A DNA stretch of 48,855 nucleotides from Nemertoderma westbladi. Taxonomy: Eukaryota > Animalia > Xenacoelomorpha. The notes under the pieces are model-generated. The model was not told the origin of the DNA and searched no databases. It saw only the letters and a program-made list of their open reading frames with translations. Position 1 is the stretch's first letter. The number at the start of each line of letters is the position of its first letter. Shown here piece by piece: positions 13,197 through 23,739 of this stretch. Location: positions 1 through 48,855 of the forward strand of contig JAUCBJ010000397.1 in assembly GCA_032718475.1 (NCBI GenBank), given 5' to 3'. The translations under genes and the position numbers were made by a program.

Positions 13197-13416
13197 AGAT
13201 AGACGGTTTTGGACCACCTCTAGAACAAATCTTTCTCAGATAGACGGTTTTGGACCACCTCTAGAACAAATCTTTCTCAGATAGACGGTTTTGGACCACC
13301 TCTAGAACAAATCTTTCTCAGATAGACGGTTTTGGACCACCTCTAGAACAAATCTTTCTCAGATAGACGGTTTTGGACCACCTCTAGAACAAATCTTTCT
13401 CAGATAGACGGTTTTG
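13197..13416 (+). repeat. 41-bp minisatellite, ~5.3 near-identical copies
   Basis: Unit AGATAGACGGTTTTGGACCACCTCTAGAACAAATCTTTCTC. Confidence 0.95.
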
Positions 13417-13879
13417 ATTACAAATTCAATGTTCAATAAATGTTCTAGAACAATGTTCTGAACAATTCATTTGCAATTGTCGCGGCCAGCTACCGTTTAC
13501 CGGTAGTTAATTCATAAATCAACAATTCAGGCATTAACAAACTACACAAAGCGTTATGATAACATATTGTAAAGTTTCAGTTTAGGTAAACAACCATGAG
13601 AGTTTAGGTAACAAGAGTTTACCAATACTTATAATATTAATAATATTATCATATTACTGTACCATACTGTTTTGTCATCTATAAGTAATTCATCGATCAA
13701 AGAATCAGAACAACAGTTTTTTTAAACACTTTCTTGACTCTTGGTAGCAAGCCAGTTTGTTTATTTTATATAAAGCATAGCACTGATATTCGTGTAAGTA
13801 AACAATGTCTGCCACACGCAAACAATATCCTCTACGGAGGAAGGCTATACCCCCTAATGATTCCAATGCTTCTGGTAAA

Positions 13880-14290
13880 TGGTGACGTTGGAGGGGGACA
13901 TACAGAGGGGAGTGTGAGTGGTGATGTTGGAGGGGGACATACAGAGGGGAGTGGGAGTGGTGACGTTGGCGACTCATATTTGTATAAAACCGATCTATGT
14001 ACTGTATTAAACTCATATTTGTATAAAACCGATCTACAGTATATATTAAACTCATATTTGTATAAAACCGATCTACAGTATATATTAAACTCATATTTGT
14101 ATAAAACCGATCTATGTATTTTATATATTAAACTCATATTTGTATAAAACCGATCTATGTATTAAACTCATATTTCTATATAACTGATCTACAGTATATA
14201 TTAAACTCATATTTGTATAAAACCGATCTATGTATTTTATATATTAAACTCATATTTGTATAAAACCGATCTATGTATTAAACTATAAAT
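13880..14290 (+). repeat. Two adjacent ~39-bp minisatellites (G-rich x2.3; ACTCATATTTGTATAAAACCGATCTA… x~8)
   Basis: Tandem units read directly; they explain the repetitive ORFs at 13705-14147. Confidence 0.9.
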
Positions 14291-14776
14291 TGTATTAAAC
14301 TGATCGTTACATTAAACTGACTGTTCATTTTATTTTATTCCCTTACCACAAATTGTAGTTTATTAGTTAATGGTTTTCAATATTAATGGCAATTATTAAT
14401 TAATAATATAAAAGTTTATATTTAAACATAGAGATAAACGGTTTTGTTAAAAAATAAAATATAAAAGATAGCTGGTTTTGAAGAATAAAAAATGAGTTAG
14501 GCGATTTTGATCCAAAAAAAGTTACATGTTTGCGGCGCAAGTATATTGACCAATACTTGCTATGGTGTACTATCGGTGTACTATGGTGTTTTTAACATAT
14601 TTCCCTTTATTTTCACGCCTTAATTTTGCCTCAGGTGGATTCGGCACATGTGTTTACCCTATATTGAATATTAATATGGAAATTTCCCGAATTAATCCCA
14701 GTAAGAATTTAAAATGAATAACCATAAAAAACCGGAATGGTTTTTGGCCATTTTCTGAAAATGCCAAAAATTGAGA

Positions 14777-15466
14777 TAAAACAATAAAATAGGACATGGG
14801 GTCTATTCCCTCAGATACTACCTAGCATTTAGGGCCACTTGGGCCACTGTTAGTACCCAGGCACTAGGCCCATCAAAAAACACAAAATACCAAATCGATT
14901 TTAGTGCTACATAACCCAACCCAACTACCACAAGAAAAATTGCACCAAACCATACAGTAACTACAGGTTCCGGTAAGTATTGCACGAAATAGGCTATCCC
15001 ATAAATTACGAAAAATATATAGGACATTTTATCCGCCAAATTTTGTCCGGTCATTGTCTTAATTTAGTGGTGCAGTTTTGTTAGGGTAGAGGTGGGGTTC
15101 GTGGCACACTGCTGATGAGGAGAACCACGAATCCCAGGGTTCAGTGTTTAAATCTCCGAAACCCTTTTATTTTTATAAAATTTATTACTTAGACTTACCT
15201 TTTTGGCGGACAAAATGTCCTATATATTTTTCGTAATTTATGGGATAGCCTATTTCGTGCAATACTTACCGGAACCTGTAGTTACTGTATGGTTTGGTGC
15301 AATTTTTCTTGTGGTAGTTGGGTTGGGTTATGTAGCACTAAAATCGATTTGGTATTTTGTGTTTTTTGATGTGCCAAGTGCCTGGGTACTAACACTGGCC
15401 CAAGTGGCCCTTAAATGCTAGGTAGTATCTGAGGGAATAGACCCCATGTCCTATTTTATTGTTTTA
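14777..15466. repeat. Near-perfect inverted duplication, arms 14777-15040 and 15202-15466, 161-bp spacer
   Basis: Arms are reverse complements with only a few differences; they produce twin ORFs 14818-15054(-) and 15203-15421(+). Confidence 0.95.
15094..15165 (+). ncRNA. Candidate hammerhead ribozyme with atypical strand order
   Basis: CUGAUGA 15112-18, GAAA 15158-61, GUU 15139-41; helices 15106-11/15142-47, 15119-23/15153-57, 15136-40/15161-65 and 15094-104/15125-35. Activity untested. Confidence 0.6.
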
Positions 15467-16704
15467 ATATTAATATTACAATCCCTCTAAAGTCGTGGTT
15501 GTCAACATCATATAAAAATTGAGATACACGGTTTTGGAATATAAGGGCCGAATAGAGCAACTGGTATGTACAGTATACCTTGCATTTCACCTGCCGGGTC
15601 GTTACGAATGTTACCAGTATATTGCCAATAAAACTCCAAGGCTGTAAGACACAAGTTGGGGGGAGTCAACACCGTCCTTTATATTGATAGAATTATATTG
15701 TATTATTTTTCACTACAGTATATTGTATTGTGTGCTACATTTACACTACACTATCAAGGCGATGGGATGGGGAGTATATTTAATACTTTTATTTGATAAA
15801 ATCAAAAATTTTAATAAACTAAATTTGAGAGCATCAACAGTAGTACCTACTGTATACAGTAGTATAATAGATACTACTGTAGACTAGCAAGCCTGGCGCG
15901 CAAAGCGCGCCAGTTTTGCTAGTCTAACAAAAAAGAGAGGATAAGCAAAAACAAATTCACAACTCATACAGTAAGGCCTATGTACCAATAATTTGTATTC
16001 TACTACGTTTCTGTATCTTGCTAATAGCACCAAAAAGTCTATAAAAATAAATTATGCGGATCACTTTCAATTTCATGGTTTTTTCCTTGGCAACGGATTT
16101 TACAAAGCTATCTGTTGACTATTAATTAATTGCTGGGATTTTTATTGATGTAAAATTATGGTTTTGTTCAGAAATGAAAAAATTAGGAAGCTCTCGACCG
16201 GTGGTTAAACCAGCGCTATACGTAACGTCCGTGTATACCGTGTATACGTGACGCTATACGTAACGTCCATTTGAAGAATACCAGGTTATCACTTTTCGGT
16301 CAAAATTTTATTCAATTTTTATATGTGAAGAGTTTGTATTTTTTTAATTACTCCTTATTGTGTGTTTTATGACGCTGATTTCTTTCTTTTAACCTGTATA
16401 CTAATTCGTTTATTATTTTGGTTAGTTTCATCCCTGGGTTTTTAGTGAAAATCTGATAACCTTATATTGTTCACATGAACGCAATAATATGCGAAAAATC
16501 TTCGCTAACATTTAATAGAAATTATTAAAATTCCTTGCAATGAAATTGTATTTATTTTTTTATCACTTACATACTTTGTATATCAGACAATTTTTATATG
16601 TTGTCAATTGTTGCAAGTTACGTTAATATACTGTATATTGGATATTTGTGTGCGTACATACTGGATAATAAGTTATTTGTTGCTCTAATCTGTGTAGCAA
16701 ACAT

Positions 16705-18477
16705 CTACGCGAGGCCGTTACCGGCAGGGTCAATAGTTTCAGCGTTACATTCTCCACCTCCTACTCCAACTCTACCATCGCGAGAGGCCGGGGAATCTGC
16801 TCGATACACAATCGTTGATGTTTTTCCTGTCCAGAATTTCTGGAATTCTCCACGTAGAACCGCCACCAGACATACCGACCCAACGCAGGCGGGCACGAGA
16901 TAAAACAGAGCTGGTTGGCCCTTCTTCGTAACCATAGACGCAACGAAAGCCGCAATCAACCCCGCTGTGTACGCCGTAGCGCACACAACGAAGTAAATCG
17001 GGAAGTTGTTTCTAATTTCTTTATCGAAACTCTTGCAGTACACAACCAAAATACCTGGCACTAGGATATCCCCTAAACCGAGCATCGAGATGTGTGACAG
17101 AGCACAGCTGTGGTAAGGCGAGTACATCAACTGAGGTACCTTGAGTAACAGCGGAATGGATTCACCGGAAGTGGAGCCGAATCCAGTAGCAACCTGCTCC
17201 ATGATACTAGGGGTCCCTTCCGCGGTAAACAACGGAGAAATAAACACCATAAAGATGTCGTATACATAGAAAGCGCACAGGAGGATTGCGCACAGCCTAC
17301 AGTTGTCAACTCGCATTGTTTCTAACAAGTTGACACATAGAGCTATTGCTAAGATGTCCTGGAGTATCCAGGCATAATAAGCGTTGCGTTCAACCACCCA
17401 GAACACAACAAAACCAACGCAGCAAACCAAGAGGATTAAATCCAAGAGCATAGTGTAACGCCTAAGGGATGCCACTCGCCACTCAATTGTGGCCCTGGCC
17501 AGTAAGGGACGCAGTAGTGAGAATATGGCTCGAACTGACCCCAAGGCGAATACTCCTATAACTACGTAGATAAAAATATCATAAAAGAAGTAGAGCAACA
17601 GCAATATTGACACCACGCCAATTACCAAGGGAGTCACAAGGGCGGCAGTTATATTGGTTAAGTTTAGTTGAACTCCGCACAATGTGTCGGTAGTCGACGC
17701 AGCAGATATACACGGGTCAGACCTAGGGGTGGGGCTGGTCACAGGAGGTCTGATTGAGGTGGGGGCGGGGCTGCTCACAGGGGGGTCTATTATGTATGGT
17801 GCCGTTGGTGATGTCCTTTGTGTGGAGGGGCTAATGTTGTTGGTGATGACGTCAGGCAAACAACGAACATCCTCAGATATTCTCATTCGCAGAGTAAGTT
17901 TGGTGGGAGGAACAGCGTAAAAAGCACTAAATATAACCGTACCAATGGCCATGATTCCCAACACGAAGATCTGTATATCCCATGAACGGATCTCAGGTGC
18001 GTACAGATTGGCTTTCAAGCTCGAACCTAGTTCCTGAATTGCTTTCAAGTTTTTCGATGAAATTGTAAAAGTCGGTATCTGAAAAACGCTAAATTTTATT
18101 TTATCAGTTACATTTAATTTTCCACAATTAACTAGAATTAAGGCGTTTCCTCCAGCAGCTTTAACATTGGCAGCGCGATCTGCAATTGAACAGTTACTTA
18201 AGCAGCTGACGGCAACGTAAGTTTGGGCCTGTTGGTCTGGAAGGTCTGAGCAACCATCCGTGTCGAGTATAGTAAGATCATTTGTCGGAGTCCCAATTAC
18301 TAGGGGCAACTCTGATCTGTTGGGTTGGTAAATGTCGACACAGACTTCAATGTAGGGTTTATCTGAGGTTTTGACTCGCATAACACCATCAAAAGATTTT
18401 GAGTAAACCAATTGCCATGGCAACATTGTCATGTATATTATGGTAAACAAGGTAAATAGATTGCAGTTAGACGCCAT
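16705..18477 (-). CDS. SPPL2: Signal peptide peptidase-like 2 (SPPL2A/B-type) GxGD intramembrane aspartyl protease, 590 aa, single coding exon
   Basis: Signal peptide, PA-like luminal domain, multiple TM helices, catalytic YD (FYVYDIFMVF), GLGD (MLGLGDILVPG) and QPAL (GQPALFYL) motifs. Confidence 0.95.
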   Translation of the reverse strand: MASNCNLFTLFTIIYMTMLPWQLVYSKSFDGVMRVKTSDKPYIEVCVDIYQPNRSELPLVIGTPTNDLTILDTDGCSDLPDQQAQTYVAVSCLSNCSIADRAANVKAAGGNALILVNCGKLNVTDKIKFSVFQIPTFTISSKNLKAIQELGSSLKANLYAPEIRSWDIQIFVLGIMAIGTVIFSAFYAVPPTKLTLRMRISEDVRCLPDVITNNISPSTQRTSPTAPYIIDPPVSSPAPTSIRPPVTSPTPRSDPCISAASTTDTLCGVQLNLTNITAALVTPLVIGVVSILLLLYFFYDIFIYVVIGVFALGSVRAIFSLLRPLLARATIEWRVASLRRYTMLLDLILLVCCVGFVVFWVVERNAYYAWILQDILAIALCVNLLETMRVDNCRLCAILLCAFYVYDIFMVFISPLFTAEGTPSIMEQVATGFGSTSGESIPLLLKVPQLMYSPYHSCALSHISMLGLGDILVPGILVVYCKSFDKEIRNNFPIYFVVCATAYTAGLIAAFVASMVTKKGQPALFYLVPACVGSVCLVAVLRGEFQKFWTGKTSTIVYRADSPASRDGRVGVGGGECNAETIDPAGNGLA

Positions 18478-18720
18478 TGTGAATATAAACTGATCCGTTT
18501 AAGATTTAAAGGTCAATAATAGAGTGTTTTCCGCATCCTTATGTTTCACACATTGATTCCCATTGTTACTCATTTATTAATAATGTAAAATTAATACCGG
18601 TAAACTGGTAAATGCATTAAGTACTATTGAAGAGCTGCCGTAGAGTACAGTATGTAAAATATGTATATCACACAGTACCGAAGACTAATCTTACAATGTT
18701 ACAACTACAGTATCTGACTA

Positions 18721-20124
18721 CAGTGACGGGTGCTTAGATCGTGGCTTTTCCAGTTAACATTATTCCATTTTGTATAAAACAAGTGATGTGGTTGGAGAAA
18801 CCTGCTAGGGGCGGCTACTAAGCAGCAACCAATCATGTTAATCGTGTTTAACACAGAGTCAATGAGAATGGAATATTGCTAACTTCAAAAAGTTCAGGTT
18901 ACCATTATTCCAAAGTAATCAGATATTACAGTAATTAAGCTGCTAGTGTTGTTAGTCAGTTAGTATTCGAGTAAGCCATAGAATATTAATTATATGGTAC
19001 AATAGGCAGATAGGATTACAATGATGTAAACTGTAAATGAAATATTTATATATAGGCCTAGTTAAGTCTAGGTTTAGGCCTAGTAATAAACATACTGTAC
19101 TTATACAATATCTCATTGAAGTACTTGCCACGTAGGCCTAGTATATTCAATGTGGGCAAAATACAGGCAAACAGGTCTCACATATCGTGTTGCGTTTTAT
19201 TCATACAACGTTTATGATACCAACCACTTTCATCCAAACGGGGTGTAAGTAAATGAAACGCCGTAACGCCGACAACCAGACAACTGACAGCCAACACCGA
19301 CAACCATTATTAAAGCCAATTAATTAAATGTTATGTATTAATTGAGGGAAAGGAACAGGATACAGTGCAGGAAGGTTAGTCTAACCAAAACAAACGAGAG
19401 TTACGAACTCAGGTTACATTTTCATATTTGCTGTTGTTGGGCAGTACTGTAGTCTGGTGGTTGACTGTTGTCGGCGTAGTGTTTACACCTGTGCAAACGC
19501 TACATCATATCCATTCAATTGGTCCAAGGTCTGTCTGTAGCATTCCCAACATGCGAGTAGCAAAAAGAAGTGCTGGCAGGCTGGACAACGTGGAAATGGT
19601 TTAGTTTCGCTGTCGGTTCTCCTTTTATTAATTTTTTGTTTGTGTCTCGATAACATGATAACGCAGAGGTTGTTGTGTACTTCTTATCGCATAAGCAGAT
19701 AAATTACATTCCACTACTTTTTTAATCGTCTCATTACTGCTCCCATGTACTGTAACTACAATGATATACCTTAATAATTTGATTTGCTGTACCTTCTGTT
19801 CTGCCTGACGCCTGACTGCTTTCGGTATAACTTGTACAGTATAATGAAACAGAAAAAGCCAGTCTCAGGGTAGGGGAAGGGCCTAATAGAATAATGAATA
19901 CAGATACTGAGATATGGAATAATGTTAACCTGAACTTTTTCATGTTAGCAATATTCAATTCTAATTGACTCTGTGTTAAACAGGATTAACGTGATTGGTT
20001 GCTGCTTAGTCAGTTAGTAGCAGCCCCTACCGTAGCAGCTTTCTCCAACCACATTACTTGTTTTATACAAAATGGAATAATGTTAACTGGAAAAGCCACG
20101 ATCTAAGCACCAGTGACTACACTG
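18721..20124. mobile_element. Old Tc1/mariner-like non-autonomous element with ~190-bp IR/DR-type TIRs
   Basis: TA|CAGTG…CACTG|TA; arms 18721-18912 and 19914-20124 are reverse complements, each with a GTTA(A/C)CATTATTCCA direct repeat near both ends. Confidence 0.8.
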
Positions 20125-22096
20125 TAGTGTAGGCCTATATAGTAGGCCTATCAGCCTATAGACTAATTATTGTCTGGTAGGCCTGTAGGCTACCTACAGT
20201 ACATTTTTATACTGTTCTGTATTGACTACAATACACTACTGCACTAAATATAGTCTGGTAGACTAATTCTACAATACATTATACTGTTATGTCCACTGTA
20301 CCTAATGTCCAATGCACTACAGCATTTTCCACTGACATGACATCCGACAGTCCGACTGACTTATGAATGGATAGTGAAACTAAATAGTGTTCGGTGCGGT
20401 ATTCATATCGGTCACTGCAGTACTGCTCTGCCGGTAGGCCTCCTACAGTCTTACGGCAGTATTATGGACTGGACATGACTTCATACTGTCATTTGTCCTG
20501 TCCAGACAGTCAGAACCAGAATCCAGGCTCCAAACTGTCAAAGCAGCAATCAGCTCATCAGCCAATGAAGGCCTATTACCGGTCTGCCGGTAACTGATAA
20601 AACTTTAATTAACTGAAGAGCACAGCTGCACAGTCTGACAGTACTGCAGTACCGGCTGACCGGACCGGTAGCGGTAACACAATTACAATTTACACTTATC
20701 CAGTTATCAGCTTATTACACTACAGTATTCCGATTACAGTACCGGTACAGGATTACCTCATACCTAACCCAAGGTCTTCTAAACATCTAAAAGACCTTAC
20801 AGCCTTAGGTGTTAGCTCTTTTTGTAGGCCTTGGCCTAACCCTGTAACCCTAGCTGCTATTTGTATCTTAGTACGGTTGCGATGTCGTAGGCCTACCACC
20901 TACTACCGTAAAACAGATGCAGGCAGATCAGCAGTAGGCTTCACATCCCCCAGACTGCCTGAACAGTCAAGAGTGTCAGTCAATCTGCAACTGCAATCAG
21001 TGACATAGTTGATAGTCTGACATCTGAGACTGACCTTACCGGTACCTAAGCACTAAGTACAGAAGTACTAAGTGCTAAGTGACTAATGACTAGAGAGTCA
21101 TGGGACTACCCGACTAGCCAAGCCACGAGACCGAGACCGACTCACGACTACTTGATTAGGCCTAACTATTTTAATTAATCGCCTGATCGCGTCAATTTAT
21201 TAATATGTCTGTTCTGTATGTTGTGAATTGTTTGATAATAATAATAATTAATAATACCGTAAGTGTAAGCGTGCTGAAACCGATGTGAGCCCTAAGTACT
21301 GAAGTAGGCCTGAGCTGCTAAAATAGAAGTAAAATTGGCCTTTTAACCAGGCCCAATAAAAATTCAGGGAAATAGGCAGGTTACAGTTACAGAGGCAGAG
21401 TTTGCTAACCAAAATACAGAAATAGTAGCTTAAAAGATCAGACGACAGGCCTACTCAAAGAACCTAGTACTTACCGGTACATAGGACCTAAACATGTGGC
21501 ATGTGTGGGACTGTGGGAGTGGGGTGCGAATCGATTCGCCCCTCGACCTATTCCAGTATTCCAGTAGGCCTATTCCATATTCGCCCCACGTTTTAGGGGC
21601 ATATGGCAGTACTGCAGTATGGACTTGGGGCGGATTGACTTTGTCAGTTGACCAATTCGCCCCACCTTCCCAAAATCCCAAGTCTATTCGCCCTCGCCCC
21701 ATATTACTGTATTAATATATTTAATGTTCTGACTATTACAGTAATCTGGTAATAGGCATATCTGCTTCTGCATATACAGATATATCTTGTATATGCCTGT
21801 ATGCTAATATGATATTAGCTCAGTTCAAAAGTTCGCCATACTCAGAACTTAGATTGTCAAATCTGCAAATAATTAAATTTACTGACATACCGGTAACAGC
21901 TTAAGATAAGGTTGAAGGCGTACGGTACCGACAGACCAGTACGCAGCCAGACTCACTGACTGTTCGTTACGGTACCTTCACAAGGCGTTACTTGCCCTCT
22001 GCTACCTTCTACTTCCACCTTGCTCCGGCGCCGTGCTTAAACATTGCACATTGCTGCATTGCTCAGATTCTTTCCTGGAGAACCAATTAGAAGGAC

Positions 22097-22299
22097 ATGT
22101 CTTCTGATAACGAATCCGACACTATTGGAACTGGCAATCTTGTCATTCAGGATATGGATGGACTGCAGCAAGATGAAGAAGACGAAGATGATGATTATGA
22201 TGGTCTGGATGAGGAGGAAGATGATGACATAACAATTAACACAGAAGGTGGTGGTTCCATGAAGATTATCTTAAACCCTGGGGGATCGCGTGACAAAAA
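22097..22299 (+). CDS. max: Max-like bHLH-ZIP, exon 1 (acidic N-terminus)
   Basis: ATG 22097, MSSDNESD…, poly-D/E tract, GTTAGT donor at 22300; phase 2 joins exon 2 to give RDKKAHHNALE. Confidence 0.85.
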
Positions 22300-22885
22300 G
22301 TTAGTGTATTTCACTCAGTGTCGGTATTGATTCAGGTTTATTTCGCTACCCACCCCGCATTCTGTAGTACGGTAGTTTAGGTTAGGTCAGATTGCCCAAC
22401 ATAGACGCAATTTGATATTTCAGGAAAACATACATCCTTACAAGCTACACCCCTGCGTGTACCTGTAGTTCAGGTGGTTCTATGCTACAGGATATTGGAT
22501 GTGTGGAGTATGATTACCAGATTGGTGTGGTTTACCTGTAATCTACTGATCTACGAAATCCAGATAGATCTTCAGCAATAAAATATATAAATTTATCATG
22601 TTATATTGGGTTTCATTTATTGTTTTAGTTAGAATAACGTGCCCATTGTAACCTGATTCTTCCTCTTAATTAATAATAATAATAACCTTTAATTCACCAA
22701 GCTGGGATTTGAATCACCACCACTCCGTCTCACCACAGCACACAACAACTCTATTTTAATATGTAAATTCTTACACTCTATTATCTAAGTTAATCTTAAA
22801 TTGAAACGGGTATTTAGTTTAAGTGAAGGTGCTAAAGGATTTGCCTTAAACCTCATAAACGAATAATTATTTATTGTTATTGCAG

Positions 22886-23063
22886 AGCTCACCATAACGC
22901 ATTAGAAAGACGCCGAAGAGACCACATAAAGGACAGTTTTACGAGTCTCAAGGACTGCATTCCGGTTGGGTCAATAATCATAGAGAAACCCTCGCGAGCT
23001 CATATACTCAACAAAGCCACCGCCTACATAGACGAAATGAGAAGGAAAAATATATCCCACCAA
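22886..23063 (+). CDS. max: Max-like bHLH-ZIP, exon 2 (bHLH domain)
   Basis: [26 protein letters not shown]…[27 protein letters not shown] closely follows the Max bHLH; acceptor ttgcag 22885, donor GTTAGT 23064. Confidence 0.95.
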
Positions 23064-23077
23064 GTTAGTGTGTCGGC

Positions 23078-23140
23078 TTGACTTCCGGGTGGGATCGAAC
23101 TGAGGACATCCAGGTTGGAAGTCTGACGTTCTAACCATTA
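23078..23140 (-). mobile_element. tRNA-derived SINE head or tRNA pseudogene
   Basis: Minus strand TAATGGTTAGAACGTCAGACTTCCAA…GTTCGATCCC: A-box and B-box-like motifs, no intact acceptor stem. Confidence 0.55.
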
Positions 23141-23739
23141 ATTACAATAATGGATATAACCGGAGCCTTTTTTTTATGGATGGAGTGATTGTATCAGTTT
23201 ATCTCCAATGTGATAATTATTTTATATTATATTGCGTGTTTGTGAGGTGGTCCGTGATCTATGTGAAATGCCCATATATGGAGGGAATCTGGACGTAATA
23301 AAAATTCAACCCTCTCCACGGGAAATTGGATGCAAATAACAGCTGATTATTCTCAAAAATACTGTAACCTGTTCTATTGTGTTTTGTTTATAGTTTATTG
23401 TTTTGGTTAAAATAACGTGCCACTGTAACCTGCTCCTTTCCATAAATTAAGAATATAACATTGAGGCGGGATATTAATTCGCCAAGATGGGATTTGCGTT
23501 CAGTTCCCCCCCCCCTGACTCGACATGTCTGTGATTAACTATAACCGGGTTGGCTCTATTGTTTTATTCTAGAACTCTTATGATTTCGTTATTCAGACTA
23601 CTAGGACCACTCTCAAATTACAGGCAGTTTTGTTTTGTTCATACCTCCCACTATATAAAATGGGTTGGTTGTTTGAAATCATAAATCAGAATGTTTTTTG
23701 GAGTTTTAAAATAAAAATCCTGATTTTCTACAACCCTAA

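Larger units (their letters stand above)
12876..15550. mobile_element. 2.7-kb non-autonomous DNA transposon carrying minisatellites and a nested inverted duplication
   Basis: TIR CGGCCCTTATATTCCAAAACCGTGTAT…ATACACGGTTTTGGAATATAAGGGCCG; left flank TA, right flank AA; subterminal AAAACCRT motifs. Confidence 0.85.

Noticed and set aside
13197-13416. Regularly spaced repeats resembling a CRISPR array (also 12056-12248 and 45484-46575)
   Set aside because: Head-to-tail units without unique spacers, no cas genes, eukaryotic context.
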